DNA from: Salpingoeca rosetta
Taxonomy: Eukaryota; Protista; Choanoflagellata
Direction: 5' to 3'
Length of the DNA stretch: 64,000 bases
Assembly (NCBI GenBank): GCA_033442325.1
Contig: JAWQFM010000025.1
Span: forward strand, 548,638-612,637
The stretch's first letter is position 1. Each line of letters begins with the position of its first letter. Position numbers and translations under genes: made by a program. Of this stretch, positions 1-37,835 are shown piece after piece. The notes below the pieces were generated by a model. The model did not search any database and was not told the origin of the DNA. It saw only the letters and a program-made list of their open reading frames with translations.

Positions 1-4778
<4,778 letters not shown>

Positions 4779-5036
4779 TGATTGATGTCATTGGCAGTAT
4801 GTGTGATAGAATACACGCATGGTTCTGTGTGATCCGTTCGACAGCGCTGCTGATAACACATTGAGCTGCCACATTCAACACTGAATCGCCCACACTGAAT
4901 CACACACGAACGACAGGAAAAGTTGCGAGGTGGGCGTGGTTGTGGTTCCTCTTTTGTGTCAGTGCTTGAGCTTCATTTCCCACAAACAAACACACACACA
5001 CACACGCCAGACACACACACACACACACACAAACAC

Positions 5037-5078
<42 letters not shown>

Positions 5079-5089
5079 CAAGTTCCACG

Positions 5090-5749
5090 ATGTTCTCCTG
5101 CTGCCGCCGCCCCTCGTCCCCCAAGACCATCGTCGCTGGAGATGGAGATGGCGACCCAAAGCCACAGAAAGGAAGCGAGCTCGCCTCTTCAACGGCCGCT
5201 GTTGACGTGGTGAATGAGACACCAGCGTCAAGCACCGCGAAGCCACAACAGCGGCCTTCCAGCGAAGAAGAGCAGCGAGGCGACAATGGCGAAGACGCAA
5301 AGGGCGTGACACAACACCAAGCACACCCAGCACCGACCACTTCGACTACTGTTTCTGCCGAGGACGAACATGCGATCCGCAAGGAAGGCGTGTCGCCTGC
5401 TGGGCTGCGCCAGTTCCTTGCCGATCTCAAGGCCGCACACCCAGACACGTACCAGAAGATGACCACCAAAGAGGCGTGCGACAGCGTGGTGATCCCACGC
5501 ACCAAGGCGAAGCAGTGTGCGTATGTCGACGTCATGGATCCACAGCACGTGGGCAGGAAGGCGACCGTGTTTGTGTCGCACGCGTGGCGCTACAAGATCG
5601 TGGACGTGATTGGCACCCTCCTGGAGTTTGCAGGCGAGCAAGGCGAGGACGAAGTACGAGTCTTCTTCTGGTTCGATCTCTTCATCAACAACCAGAACAC
5701 GGACATCACAGCCAACCTTCCTCAAGAGTGGTATGGAGCTTGTGTCTGT

Positions 5750-5799
<50 letters not shown>

Positions 5800-7917
5800 A
5801 TAATGTGTGTGTATGCATGTGTGTGTATGCATGTGCGTGTGCGTTGTTCACTTCCACCTGCCACCTCTGCAACCCATGCCCTCAACCTCCCGTCCTTGCC
5901 CCAACCCCCCAACCCCCAACCCCAACACACACACACTGCAGGTGGAGCACGACGTTCAAGGAGTCCATTGCTGCGATCGGCCACGTGCTGCTGGTGTTGA
6001 CACCGTGGCACGACCCCGTGCCGCTGACACGGGCATGGTGCCTGTGGGAGATCTTCTGCAGCGCAAGTCAGGAAGACGTGCAGCTCACCATCCGGCTGCC
6101 GAACGCAGAGCGAGACGCGCTGAAGGAGGCTGTGCTGGAGACCTACGAGGCCGTAACAGACGCAATGGTGCGCGTGCAGGCCGAGCGGGCAGATGCCTGG
6201 GACCCCAAGGACAAGGAGATGATCTTCAAGGCGATTGAGGACGGTGTTGGCTTCCTACACTTGAACAAGGTGGTCAAGGACCAGATGCGGAGCTGGTGCC
6301 TGCAACAAGTGGCGGGTTTTGTTGAGGAATCAGAAGACGTCAAAGGTGGTGGAAACGCAGAGCCAGCACTCTTGTGCAACAAGGTTGGGTTGTTGATGGA
6401 CAGCTTTGGTGAGCATGACCGCGCCATCGACTACTTCCAGAAGAGCCTGCAGATGCAGCTCGACACGCTGGGGGAGAAGCACCCACATACAGCAACTACC
6501 TACAACAATCTGGGCTGTTCGTACGACGACAGGGGTCAGTATGACCTTGCCATTGAGTACTTCCTGAAGAGCCTCCAGATCAAGGTGGACACACTGGGTG
6601 AAATGCATCCAGGCACAGCAACCACATACGACAATTTGGGCCTGGCGTACAAGAACAAAGCTGAATATGACCGCGCCATTGAGTGCTACGAGAAAAGTCT
6701 GCAGATTAAGCTGGACACGCTGGGGACCAAACACCTGGAGACAGCGGTCACGTACCATAATCTTGGCCAAGTTTACAACAAGAAGGGCCAGTTTGACGAC
6801 GCCATTGAGTTCTATCAGAAGAGCCTGCAGATCAAGATGGACGCGTTGGGAGAGAAGCACCCCAGAACAGCAACAACCTGCCACAACATAGGCCAGGTGT
6901 ACGCTGCCAAGGGCGAGTATGATCGCGCCATCTCTTTCTACAAGAGGAGCCTGCAGATCAGGCTGGACACCTTAGGGTCAAAGCATCCCGACACAGCGAC
7001 CACACATCATGACATGGGCCACGTGTACTATCGTAAAGGCGAACATGACCGCGCCATTGAGTGCTACGAAAAGGGCCTTCAGAGTTACCTCGACACACTG
7101 GGGCCCCAGCACCCGCACACAGCCACCACGTACGCTTCCCTTGGTCAGGTGCATGGTGTGAAGGGTGAGTATGACCGCGCCATCCATTACTATCAACAGT
7201 GCCTGCAGATAAGGTTGGACACGCTAGGCGAGAAGCATCCATCCACAGCATCCACGTACAACAACATGGGCCAGGTGTACTCCGGCAAGGGCGAGCATGA
7301 CCGCGCCATTGAGTATTATCAGAAGAGCTTGCAGATTGCGCTGGACACGTTGGGGGAGAAGCACCCAGACACGGCAGCCACATACAACAACATTGGGCAG
7401 GTGTATTACGCCAAGAGCCAGTATGACCGCGCTACTCATTATTTCGAGAAGAGCGTCGAGATCAAGTTGGACATGTTTGGTGAGAAGCACCCAGACACAG
7501 CAACCACGTACAGCAACCTCGGGGCTGTGCACGACAGCAAGGGTGAGTATGACCGCGCCATACACTACTACCAGAAGTGCCTGCAGATCCGACTGGACAC
7601 GTTGGGCGAGAAGCATCTATCCACAGCATCCACATATGGAAGCCTGGCTGGAGTGTACTACAGCAAGGGCGAGTATGACTGTGCCATTGATCGCTACCAG
7701 AAGAGCCTCCACATACAGCTCGACACGTTGGGGGAGAAGCACCCAGACACAGCAACCACTTTCGGCAGCCTGGGCCTGGCGCACTACAGCAAGGGCGAGT
7801 ATGATCGCGCCAGGCAGTTGATACAGCAGGCTGCTGATACACATGATGGCCACCCTCGGTCCACACCACCCAAACACCAAGCATGCACAGCAGTGGCTCG
7901 ATTCATTGCGTGAGTAG
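5090..7917 (+). CDS. TIR/HET-like N-terminal domain + 12 x 42-aa TPR repeats; intron 5731-5941; apparent +1 frameshift near 7842
   Basis: Exon 1 has ATVFVSHAW and [12 protein letters not shown]. Splicing gives [32 protein letters not shown]. Repeats follow the consensus [42 protein letters not shown]. As assembled the ORF stops at 7913; the corrected frame stops at 7917. Confidence 0.88.
6370..7880 (+). repeat. Coding tandem array of 126-bp units (42-aa TPR)
   Basis: Recurring gagtatgaccgcgccatt and gacacgttgggggagaagcaccca at 126-bp spacing. Confidence 0.92.
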
Positions 7918-8294
7918 CAAGACTTTTGTAGTTCACCGCACGGGTTGCATTCATTGTCAGCGTGTTTTGCCCATTCATTGCCTCTGCGTTCTTAGGCGTA
8001 GCCTTGTCCTGTGTCCCTCTTCTTCCTTTCTACACATGTTTGTTGCTGTTCTCATTTCACCGTCGTGGACCTCGTTTTGTTTCACCAAGTTGTGGTGTAA
8101 GGCTCATGTGCCATCTTCTTGAAGTCTTGAGTTCACGCTTTTTGTCTTATTCAGAGGAATACACAGTTTCAGGTTGCACAGTGACCCTCACATGAACGCA
8201 TGCACATCCACACTACGACAACACACACACACACACACACATCCCAGACACTCAATCACACACATCTTCGTTCACGCCCACTGCTTCTGCCTGC

Positions 8295-19238
<10,944 letters not shown>

Positions 19239-19479
19239 GGTGTCGCTGTTGTTCAGTGGGTGGCCACCACCAACAACGACGAATCAAAGGCAGTGACAGC
19301 GCTGCACAGGTGCGTGCTACCGCTGTTGTGTTGGCGTGCTGTTGTTGGTGTGCGAGCGGAGCACAAGGGAGGCAGAGACGCAAGAGGAGAAAAAGGGTCA
19401 GAAATGTGGTCAGTATCATTGAGAATCGTCCAAACATTTCATCCTGTCGCAAAGCCCACACACGTGCAACCAGCAGACG
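19239..19479. promoter_or_regulatory. Putative compact bidirectional promoter/5' UTRs between the PPR-like gene and DDX24
   Basis: Only 241 bp separate the two inferred divergent start codons. No specific motif was identified. Confidence 0.45.
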
Positions 19480-27237
<7,758 letters not shown>

Positions 27238-27451
27238 CGTGGTTGGTCCACGCAGTTCCACTGATGATGCTGATTGATGCTAAGGTCTTGGTGTGTGGAT
27301 GTGCAATGTGGTGGGTGGAGTTTGTGTCTGGCGAAGCTTGTGGCGATTGTGGAAATTTAGGTCATATCTTCCATTAAACATCCGCAAAACAAGGCAGCGA
27401 TTGGCTGCTGCCAAACAAACATCAACAACCAACCAGTCCAGTCAACACAAC

Positions 27452-30805
<3,354 letters not shown>

Positions 30806-31021
30806 CCCCATAACATAACCAACCTTGTCGTTGTCTGTCTGTGTCTGTGGTCTGTGCTTGTGGTCTGTGTCTGTGTCTGAGGTCTATGTGAGCGTGTGTG
30901 TTTTTTTTGTGTCGTGCACTCTGACCATAAACAACCCCACAACACATCACGACACTTGCAGCCCTTGCAACACTCGTGAGCTGCAATTTGCAAAGGACTA
31001 GTCCCACACCGAAGAGCGATT

Positions 31022-32326
31022 ATGTTGCTGAGTGTGCGCTCCTTCTTCTGTTGTCTTGCTGTCTGCGCAGTGCTGCGCGCTGCAACGTTCGGACCGCAGC
31101 GTGTGAGTGGGCAGGTGGTGTTTGAAGAGGATGTGTCGGGGAGGCTGCTGATGAACACGAGCGATTCTGCCAACGAACACATCGTGTTCAATGGCATGCA
31201 CACGCAGGAGCTGTACGACACGGTCCGCATGCAGCAGAGCGTCATCGAGCAAGCAGAAGCGGCCATCGTCCAGATTCAGCGCAAGAACATGGCCCAGGCG
31301 TCACACATCCAGCTGCTGGAGGACCGTTTGTGCCGCCTCAACGCATACCCACCAACAAGCACATTCATCTCTCTCCCTGACACATCAGGGAGCAACACAG
31401 GAGCGTGGACCTCCGGTGTCCTCGCCAACAACGGTCTCATCTACGCCATCTCAAACCAGGCAACCTTCATCCTCATCATCGACCCCGAGACAAACACCAT
31501 TGACGACACTACGCTCTCCGGCCTCGGCGAAATCATGTCTGACTGGCAGGGCGCTGTGCTTGGAGGCAACGGGCTCATCTACGCGCTTCCCTTCAACTCC
31601 AGATCCATCATGGTCATCAACCCGGCAACCAACACGGTCGACACTGCGGCAATTGGCGGCTTCCCCGCAGAGTCGGGAAAGTGGCACGGGGGCGTGCTTG
31701 CAAGCAGGACAAATGGCGGCATCTACGGTATCCCGTGGCAATCCACTTCGGTCCTCATCATTGATCCAGGCACTAATGCCACAGACATGACCACCATCTC
31801 CGGCCTTTCTTCTGCAGGTTTCAAGTGGCTTGCAGGCGCCGAAGCGAACAATGGCAAGCTCTACATGCTTCCGTTTGGTGCGGCGAGTGTGCTCATCGTC
31901 AATCCAGTGGATAACACTTTCGACACAGACAGCATCTCCGGCCTGCCAGCCTCTGCCAGGTTTAGTGGCGCTGTACTGGCAGACAACGGCAAGATCTACG
32001 GCATCCCCGTACCACACGACAGCGTTCTCGTCATCAACCCAAACGACGACTCCACAACAACTATCGCCGTGCCATTCGGAGCCTCAAAGTGGTTTGGCGG
32101 CGTGCTCGTGCCGGATGGTCGCATATTTGGCATCCCGTATGATGCCAGCAGTGCCCTCATCATCGATCCAACGACAGACACGGTCGACTACACATCCTTC
32201 ACGGACTTCCCCGCTGGCGACATGAAGTGGCGGGGTGGTGTGCTTGCAGGCAACGGCATCATCTACGGCATTCCTTACAGCATCGACAGTGTGCTACTCA
32301 TTGACCCCGGCTGCTGGCTTCCTTGA
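31022..32326 (+). CDS. Intronless secreted protein: signal peptide, beta/coiled-coil module, 7-repeat beta-propeller
   Basis: Clean 434-aa ORF with a hydrophobic N-terminus, a heptad segment (VRMQQSVIEQAEAAIVQIQRKN..LLEDRL) and seven ~46-aa repeats W.GGVLA.NG.IYGIP....SVLIIDP.T. Confidence 0.88.
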   Translation: MLLSVRSFFCCLAVCAVLRAATFGPQRVSGQVVFEEDVSGRLLMNTSDSANEHIVFNGMHTQELYDTVRMQQSVIEQAEAAIVQIQRKNMAQASHIQLLEDRLCRLNAYPPTSTFISLPDTSGSNTGAWTSGVLANNGLIYAISNQATFILIIDPETNTIDDTTLSGLGEIMSDWQGAVLGGNGLIYALPFNSRSIMVINPATNTVDTAAIGGFPAESGKWHGGVLASRTNGGIYGIPWQSTSVLIIDPGTNATDMTTISGLSSAGFKWLAGAEANNGKLYMLPFGAASVLIVNPVDNTFDTDSISGLPASARFSGAVLADNGKIYGIPVPHDSVLVINPNDDSTTTIAVPFGASKWFGGVLVPDGRIFGIPYDASSALIIDPTTDTVDYTSFTDFPAGDMKWRGGVLAGNGIIYGIPYSIDSVLLIDPGCWLP

Positions 32327-32406
<80 letters not shown>

Positions 32407-32741
32407 CTTGCTTGTCCAACACCGCTATTGTCTTGTGTGACATGAACCTTTTCAACTCAAAAGTAAACCGTGGGTTTGACCGCCAACTCACCCCTCTCGT
32501 CCGATGACAATTCCCAAGGAACGACAGCACTTGCGAGAAGCCAGATGGCGGGACAGTGACATTGTCCTTAGCTGGTGCTTGGACACAAACAAACGATTAT
32601 CTTGGATATCATTGCACAGGTGCTCATATCGACACACAAGAAAAGACAGAAAGACAGTCAACCGAAGCATACGGGGACGACATCGCAGCACAGCGAAACA
32701 GGTGAATAAACAAACGATCGCATATGAAGGAAGCGGATGAG

Positions 32742-32780
<39 letters not shown>

Positions 32781-33009
32781 GACGAAAAAGGAAGTGGTAT
32801 TGATTGACGGGAGAGGTGGGGAAGGGAATAGCCAACGTGAAGCAAGCACAGTGACACGAGTGACATGACGAGACACAGAAAGAAAGACAGAAAGCACGAC
32901 ACAGCTCGCAAGACAAGGGGCACGGTCAGGCAGAGGCCGAATCAAGGCAAATTCAAAGACACGACAGCAGCAAGCCGCGTGCAGCAAGTCGCGCGCAGCG
33001 ATGGAGGGA

Positions 33010-35413
33010 TCAACCTTGCTTGCGCTCGCCAAGCAATTCTGCGACCTCAATCAGCTCCTGTTCAGTGAGTCGGCACCCGTCGCTTGTGATCCTGTCACGT
33101 GCAGCTCGCAAAATCCTCGCGTGCTCATTCTCTTCGGGGCTGACAAGGGCGGCCAGCCGATCGTAGACAATTCCTTCATACTCGGTTCGCTTGTTATCCC
33201 CTGTCAGCGCTTGCAGCCTGCGCTGTGATGGCGTTGTGCATGCGTCAGCGTGGGCGCACTCCGGCAAAACCTGGCGCACAAAGGCGGCCGTCAGTTGTTC
33301 CTTGCGCACGCGCTGGCGGTGCATGTTTGCGAGCTCAAAGAACCCTGGGTCAGCCTTGGTGAAGGCGTAGACAACACATGTCATGACCACCGCCCGGTAA
33401 CTCCGGCGCAGGATGGCCGAGGCATTCTCTGGCAGCACGATACGGCTGAGTTCATCGACATGAGCGTTGATGGCGTCGCGACGAACCTGTTCCGTGTCTT
33501 TCTTCTTTGCGCGCCGCCGCTTCAGCCGTTCCTGCTTTTGTTGCTGTTCGAGAGATGCTGGCTGCTGCTGTTCAAGAGATGCTTGCTGCTGCTGTTCGAG
33601 AGATGCTTGCTGTGGCACGGACGTCTGGTCGCGTTGCCCATGCTGCCCAGCCTGCGTCGCAGCCTGTACCAACATCGGCTGGACTGCTTGGAAAGGAGGG
33701 GCAGGGGCTGTGTAGGCCCGAGCAGCAGCAACAGCCAACTGTTGCTGGTGCTGTTGCTGCTGCTGTTGTTGCTGCTGCTGCTGCCGTTGCTGCTGTGCAA
33801 GATACACCTGCTGTGCAAACGAGAGACTGAGGTGCGCGCGCTTGCGAGCTGGGCGCCCGTCGTCATGAAGAAGACGCTCTTGGCCCTGCTGGAAGACAGA
33901 CTGCTGGTGGTGCCGATGTTGTTGTTGTTGTTGTTGGTAGTGGTGGTGTTGGTGGTGTTGAACAGAGTCCTGCTGCACATGAACGTGGTGGACATGGTGG
34001 TGGTGGACGTGCACATGGTTCGCCTGCTGGTGTTGGCCGTTGCTGCTGTGGCCGAGTAGCTGTTGCACGTGCTGCACTTGTTGCACTTGCACACGCTGCG
34101 TCTGCTGGCGCTGAGTGTGGTGATCAGGGCGTTGGTACTGGGTCACATCGTTGTGCACATGCTGCATCTGCTGGCTGTTGCGGCCTTGCTGCTGATGCTG
34201 GTGGTTCCTGGTATCCATGCGAGCCATCTCCTGACGCACCTGATGCATCTGTTGCATCTGCACATGCTGCATCTCTTGGTGTGGGTGGTGTTCAGGGCGT
34301 TGGTGCTGGGTCATATCGATCAGCGGCACTTCCAGCATCTGCGACTCCTGCTGCTGCTGCTGTTGGTTGGTGTGGCCGTGCTGCTGTTGCTGGTGGTTCC
34401 TGGTATCGATGTGAGCCATCTCCTGACGCACCTGACGCACCTGATGCATCTGCACATGCTGCACCTCTTGGTGTGGGTGGTGGTTAGGGCGTTGGTGCTG
34501 GGTCATATCGATCAGCGGCACTTCCAGCATCTGTGACTCCTGCTGCTGCATCTGCTGGTTGGTGTGGTCTTGCTGCTGGTGCTGGTGGTTCCTGGTATCG
34601 ATGTGAGCCATCTCCTGACGCACCTGACGCACCTGATGCATCTGCACATGCTGCACCTCTTGGTGTGGGTGGTGGTTAGGGCGTTTGTGCTGGGTCATAT
34701 CGATCAGCGGCACTTCCAGCATCTGTGACTCCTGCTGCTGCTGCTGCTGTTGGTTGGTGTGGTCTTGCTGCTGGTGCTGGTGGTTCCTGGTATCGATGCG
34801 AGCCATCTCCTGACGCACCTGACGCACCTGATGCATCTGCACATGCTGCACCTCTTGGTGTGGGTGGTGGTTAGGGCGTTGGTGCTGGGTCATATCGATC
34901 AGCGGCACTTCCAGCATCTGTGACTCCTGCTGCTGCTGCTGTTGGTTAGCGTGGCCTTGCTGCTGATGCTGCTGCATCTGCTTGTTGGTGTGGCCTTGCT
35001 GCTGGTGCTGGAGAGGTGGGGTTGCGCGGTGCTGGGGTTCGTAATCATTGTAGCCACCATCATCGTCATCGCTGCCGGTGATCGGTGGAAGGTCGACAAA
35101 CAGCTCGAAACTGTCGTCCAGGGATGCATCAAGCAGTGGTCCCTGGAGCTCAAACGTATTGTGTGGAGACCACAGAGGCAGGGGCAGGTCAAAGAAGTTT
35201 GTTGGAGGTGGCACGCTGCTCAGGTTGGCAGGCAGCGGATATGTGAGTGACGGCAGCGACGGCAGTAGGGAAGCGCCGTCGTCACCCTGGTCGGGCGAAG
35301 AGCGGGTGGGCGTTGTTGCAACGACACTGGCCTGCACGGCGGAGTACATCAGGGCCCTCAACGGAGAGCTGATGGGGCTGGCGAAGCCGTCGCAAAACAG
35401 ATTCAGATGGAGG

Positions 35414-35446
<33 letters not shown>

Positions 35447-35559
35447 GCTTGGCGTGCTGGCATGCTGGCAGCGTTGGCTTGACCGGCAGCACTGAAAATG
35501 CTGTCAGGCTGCATCGTCACACAGCCTGGAGTGGCTGAGGGGATCATGCTCTCATCCAT
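33010..35559 (-). CDS. Q/H-rich protein with C-terminal bHLH-like domain (putative transcription factor)
   Basis: 849-aa ORF. KRRRAKKKDTEQVRRDAINAHVDELSRIVLP matches the bHLH basic region/helix 1 (E..RR..IN....L..L.P). Acidic/hydrophobic N-terminal segment and polyQ tracts. The CA tract and ttag acceptor at ~35590 suggest an upstream intron. Confidence 0.7.
34190..34950 (-). repeat. Four in-frame tandem repeats of 192-195 bp (64-65 aa)
   Basis: cagcggcacttccagcatctg recurs at 34321, 34513, 34705 and 34900. Peptide unit ESQMLEVPLIDMTQHQRPNHHPHQEVQHVQMHQVRQVRQEMAHIDTRNH. Confidence 0.92.
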
Positions 35560-36579
35560 CGTGACAGGGAATCACGCTGGCGCGGGGTCTAAAGTCACGA
35601 ACAACGAGCGTAAGCAGAGGCGACACGTGAGAATCAGACGTATGTGTTTGTGTGTTTGTGCGTGTGTGTGTGCGTGTGTGTGTGTGTGTGTGTGTGCGTA
35701 TATGTGTGTGTGTGCGTGTGTGTGCGCGCGTGTGTGTGTGTGTGCGTATGTGTTTGTTTGTGTGTGTGTGTGTGTGTGATTGTGCGTGTGTGTATGCGTG
35801 TGTGCGTGTGTGTGCAAGTGGGCCTATGCGAGGGAGCGCAAGCCAACACATGCATATGCGCTACACCAAGACGACAAAACAAGATGAATGTCACACAGAG
35901 CTTCTGAACACGCACACACACACACACACACATACAGATGAAAAAAGCACGCACGTGTGCTGTCAAGGGTGGTGGCGGTGAGAGCTGGGCGAGATGCGAG
36001 GGCGAAAAAGCAGACTGGTGGATCACCTGAAACCCCCCAAAAGGTGAAGATGGCTGGGTGTGAGCGGTGACGGAGGGGGCACGCTTGCCACGCAGGCAGC
36101 GATGATGGTTGCACACGGCAATTGGATGCAGTGAACATGCAGCCACAGCACAAGGGCACAACAGCCTTACTCTGTTGGTGGGGCAGGTTGACGGGGCACT
36201 GGCAACACGCGTCGTTGTCGGCAGCGTTTTTCGGCTGTCAAATTTGACTGAAAAGTGGCGCGCAACGGAAGCGTGCAAAGTGCAACGCAGTTGCGTTGTT
36301 GAAATCCTCCCTAACGACCGGAATGAGTTGCAAGTTGGTGCGCAGAAAAATAGTCACCTGTGTGAGTGATTCGATGGGCAAGTGAGTGTGTGATTCGGTG
36401 AGGGTGTGTGTATGTGTGTGTATGTGTGTGTGTGTGTGTGCAATGATGTTTGTGTCAGTGTGTATGTGTGTGTGTGTGTGTTGGACACGAAGAAAGAACA
36501 ACATACGGACCCAGGACGCAATGCTCCGGAAAGGGAGGAAGACAAGCGAGCGAGAACACACACACACACACACACATAC

Positions 36580-36612
<33 letters not shown>

Positions 36613-37312
36613 CACACCTTGCTTGGGGTGTCATTTTGCCGGTGTCTTCCCCAATTGCCCCAGACCAGCGTCGCTGCAGAGCAGATATGAAGACGTCAGT
36701 GGTGGCTGAACCGCTGTCATCATCTTCCTCGTGCTCACATCGAGTTTGGTTTCTCCCTCACCACACAAACACAAAGACGTGCGTGCATCTACGTGCAAAC
36801 GCAGGCGCAACGATACTCACGGTGTGCTGGGCACAAGGATGCTGGGCTGTGCCAAGAGCTGGCGCGGCCTTTGCACCGGCACTGTCAGCCGTCCATTGGC
36901 GTTGTCGTCAGCAGTGGCAGTGAGGCCAACAGTGTTGGCGGAAGAGATGTCAGTGAACAGCAGCATCAGCATCAACATCAACATCAACATCAACATCAAC
37001 AGCCATGCCATATGAGCACGCGAGAGAACGGGAGTGGGAAACAATGCGTGGGTTATCCACCCACTGGAAACATGGCGCATGTTGTCAGCGAAACAGCAGC
37101 AGCAACAGCAGGGAGAATGCGGCTCACGTCATTGCGAGGTTGGGTGTCTTCATCGCGCTCCTTCCAACTGGTTGGGTGTTCGATGATGGGTGATAGGGAC
37201 GAGGAAAATGGCGATGAAGGCCGTAAATGAGGAGTGCAAGTGTTCAAAACACACTGCCTCTCCGCACTGCTATCCATGGCTGTGAGTGTGCGCAAATCCT
37301 ATCCTTGTCTCA

Positions 37313-37458
<146 letters not shown>

Positions 37459-37835
37459 CTCTGTCTCTCACGCACGCACACACACACTTCCCCCCCCCCT
37501 TTCTCTCCACCGCCAAACTGATTGCCACCTCCTTTCCCTCCTCTCCGTGTAACCCCTCCTCTTCTTCATCACCCACCACCAACTACCCCAGCGCCCTCCC
37601 TAATCCTATCCTCTTCCCTTCAACCTTTCACTAACGCCCTTACGCCCGCTCACGTCTCATCTCCTTTTCCCTCAACTCACACTCCCACACTCACACACAC
37701 TCACACACATACGCATGCGCGCACCCCAATCACTCACACGCTCACACGCTCTCTGCTCCTTGTCCTCTCACATTCACACACACACACACACATGCACACT
37801 CTTCACTGCTTCGCTTGCCTTCTTCTTCGACAACA

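Noticed and set aside
5942-7913. Kinesin light chain call for the 42-aa TPR protein
   Set aside because: No N-terminal heptad region, 12 rather than about 6 repeats, and a TIR/HET-like domain instead.
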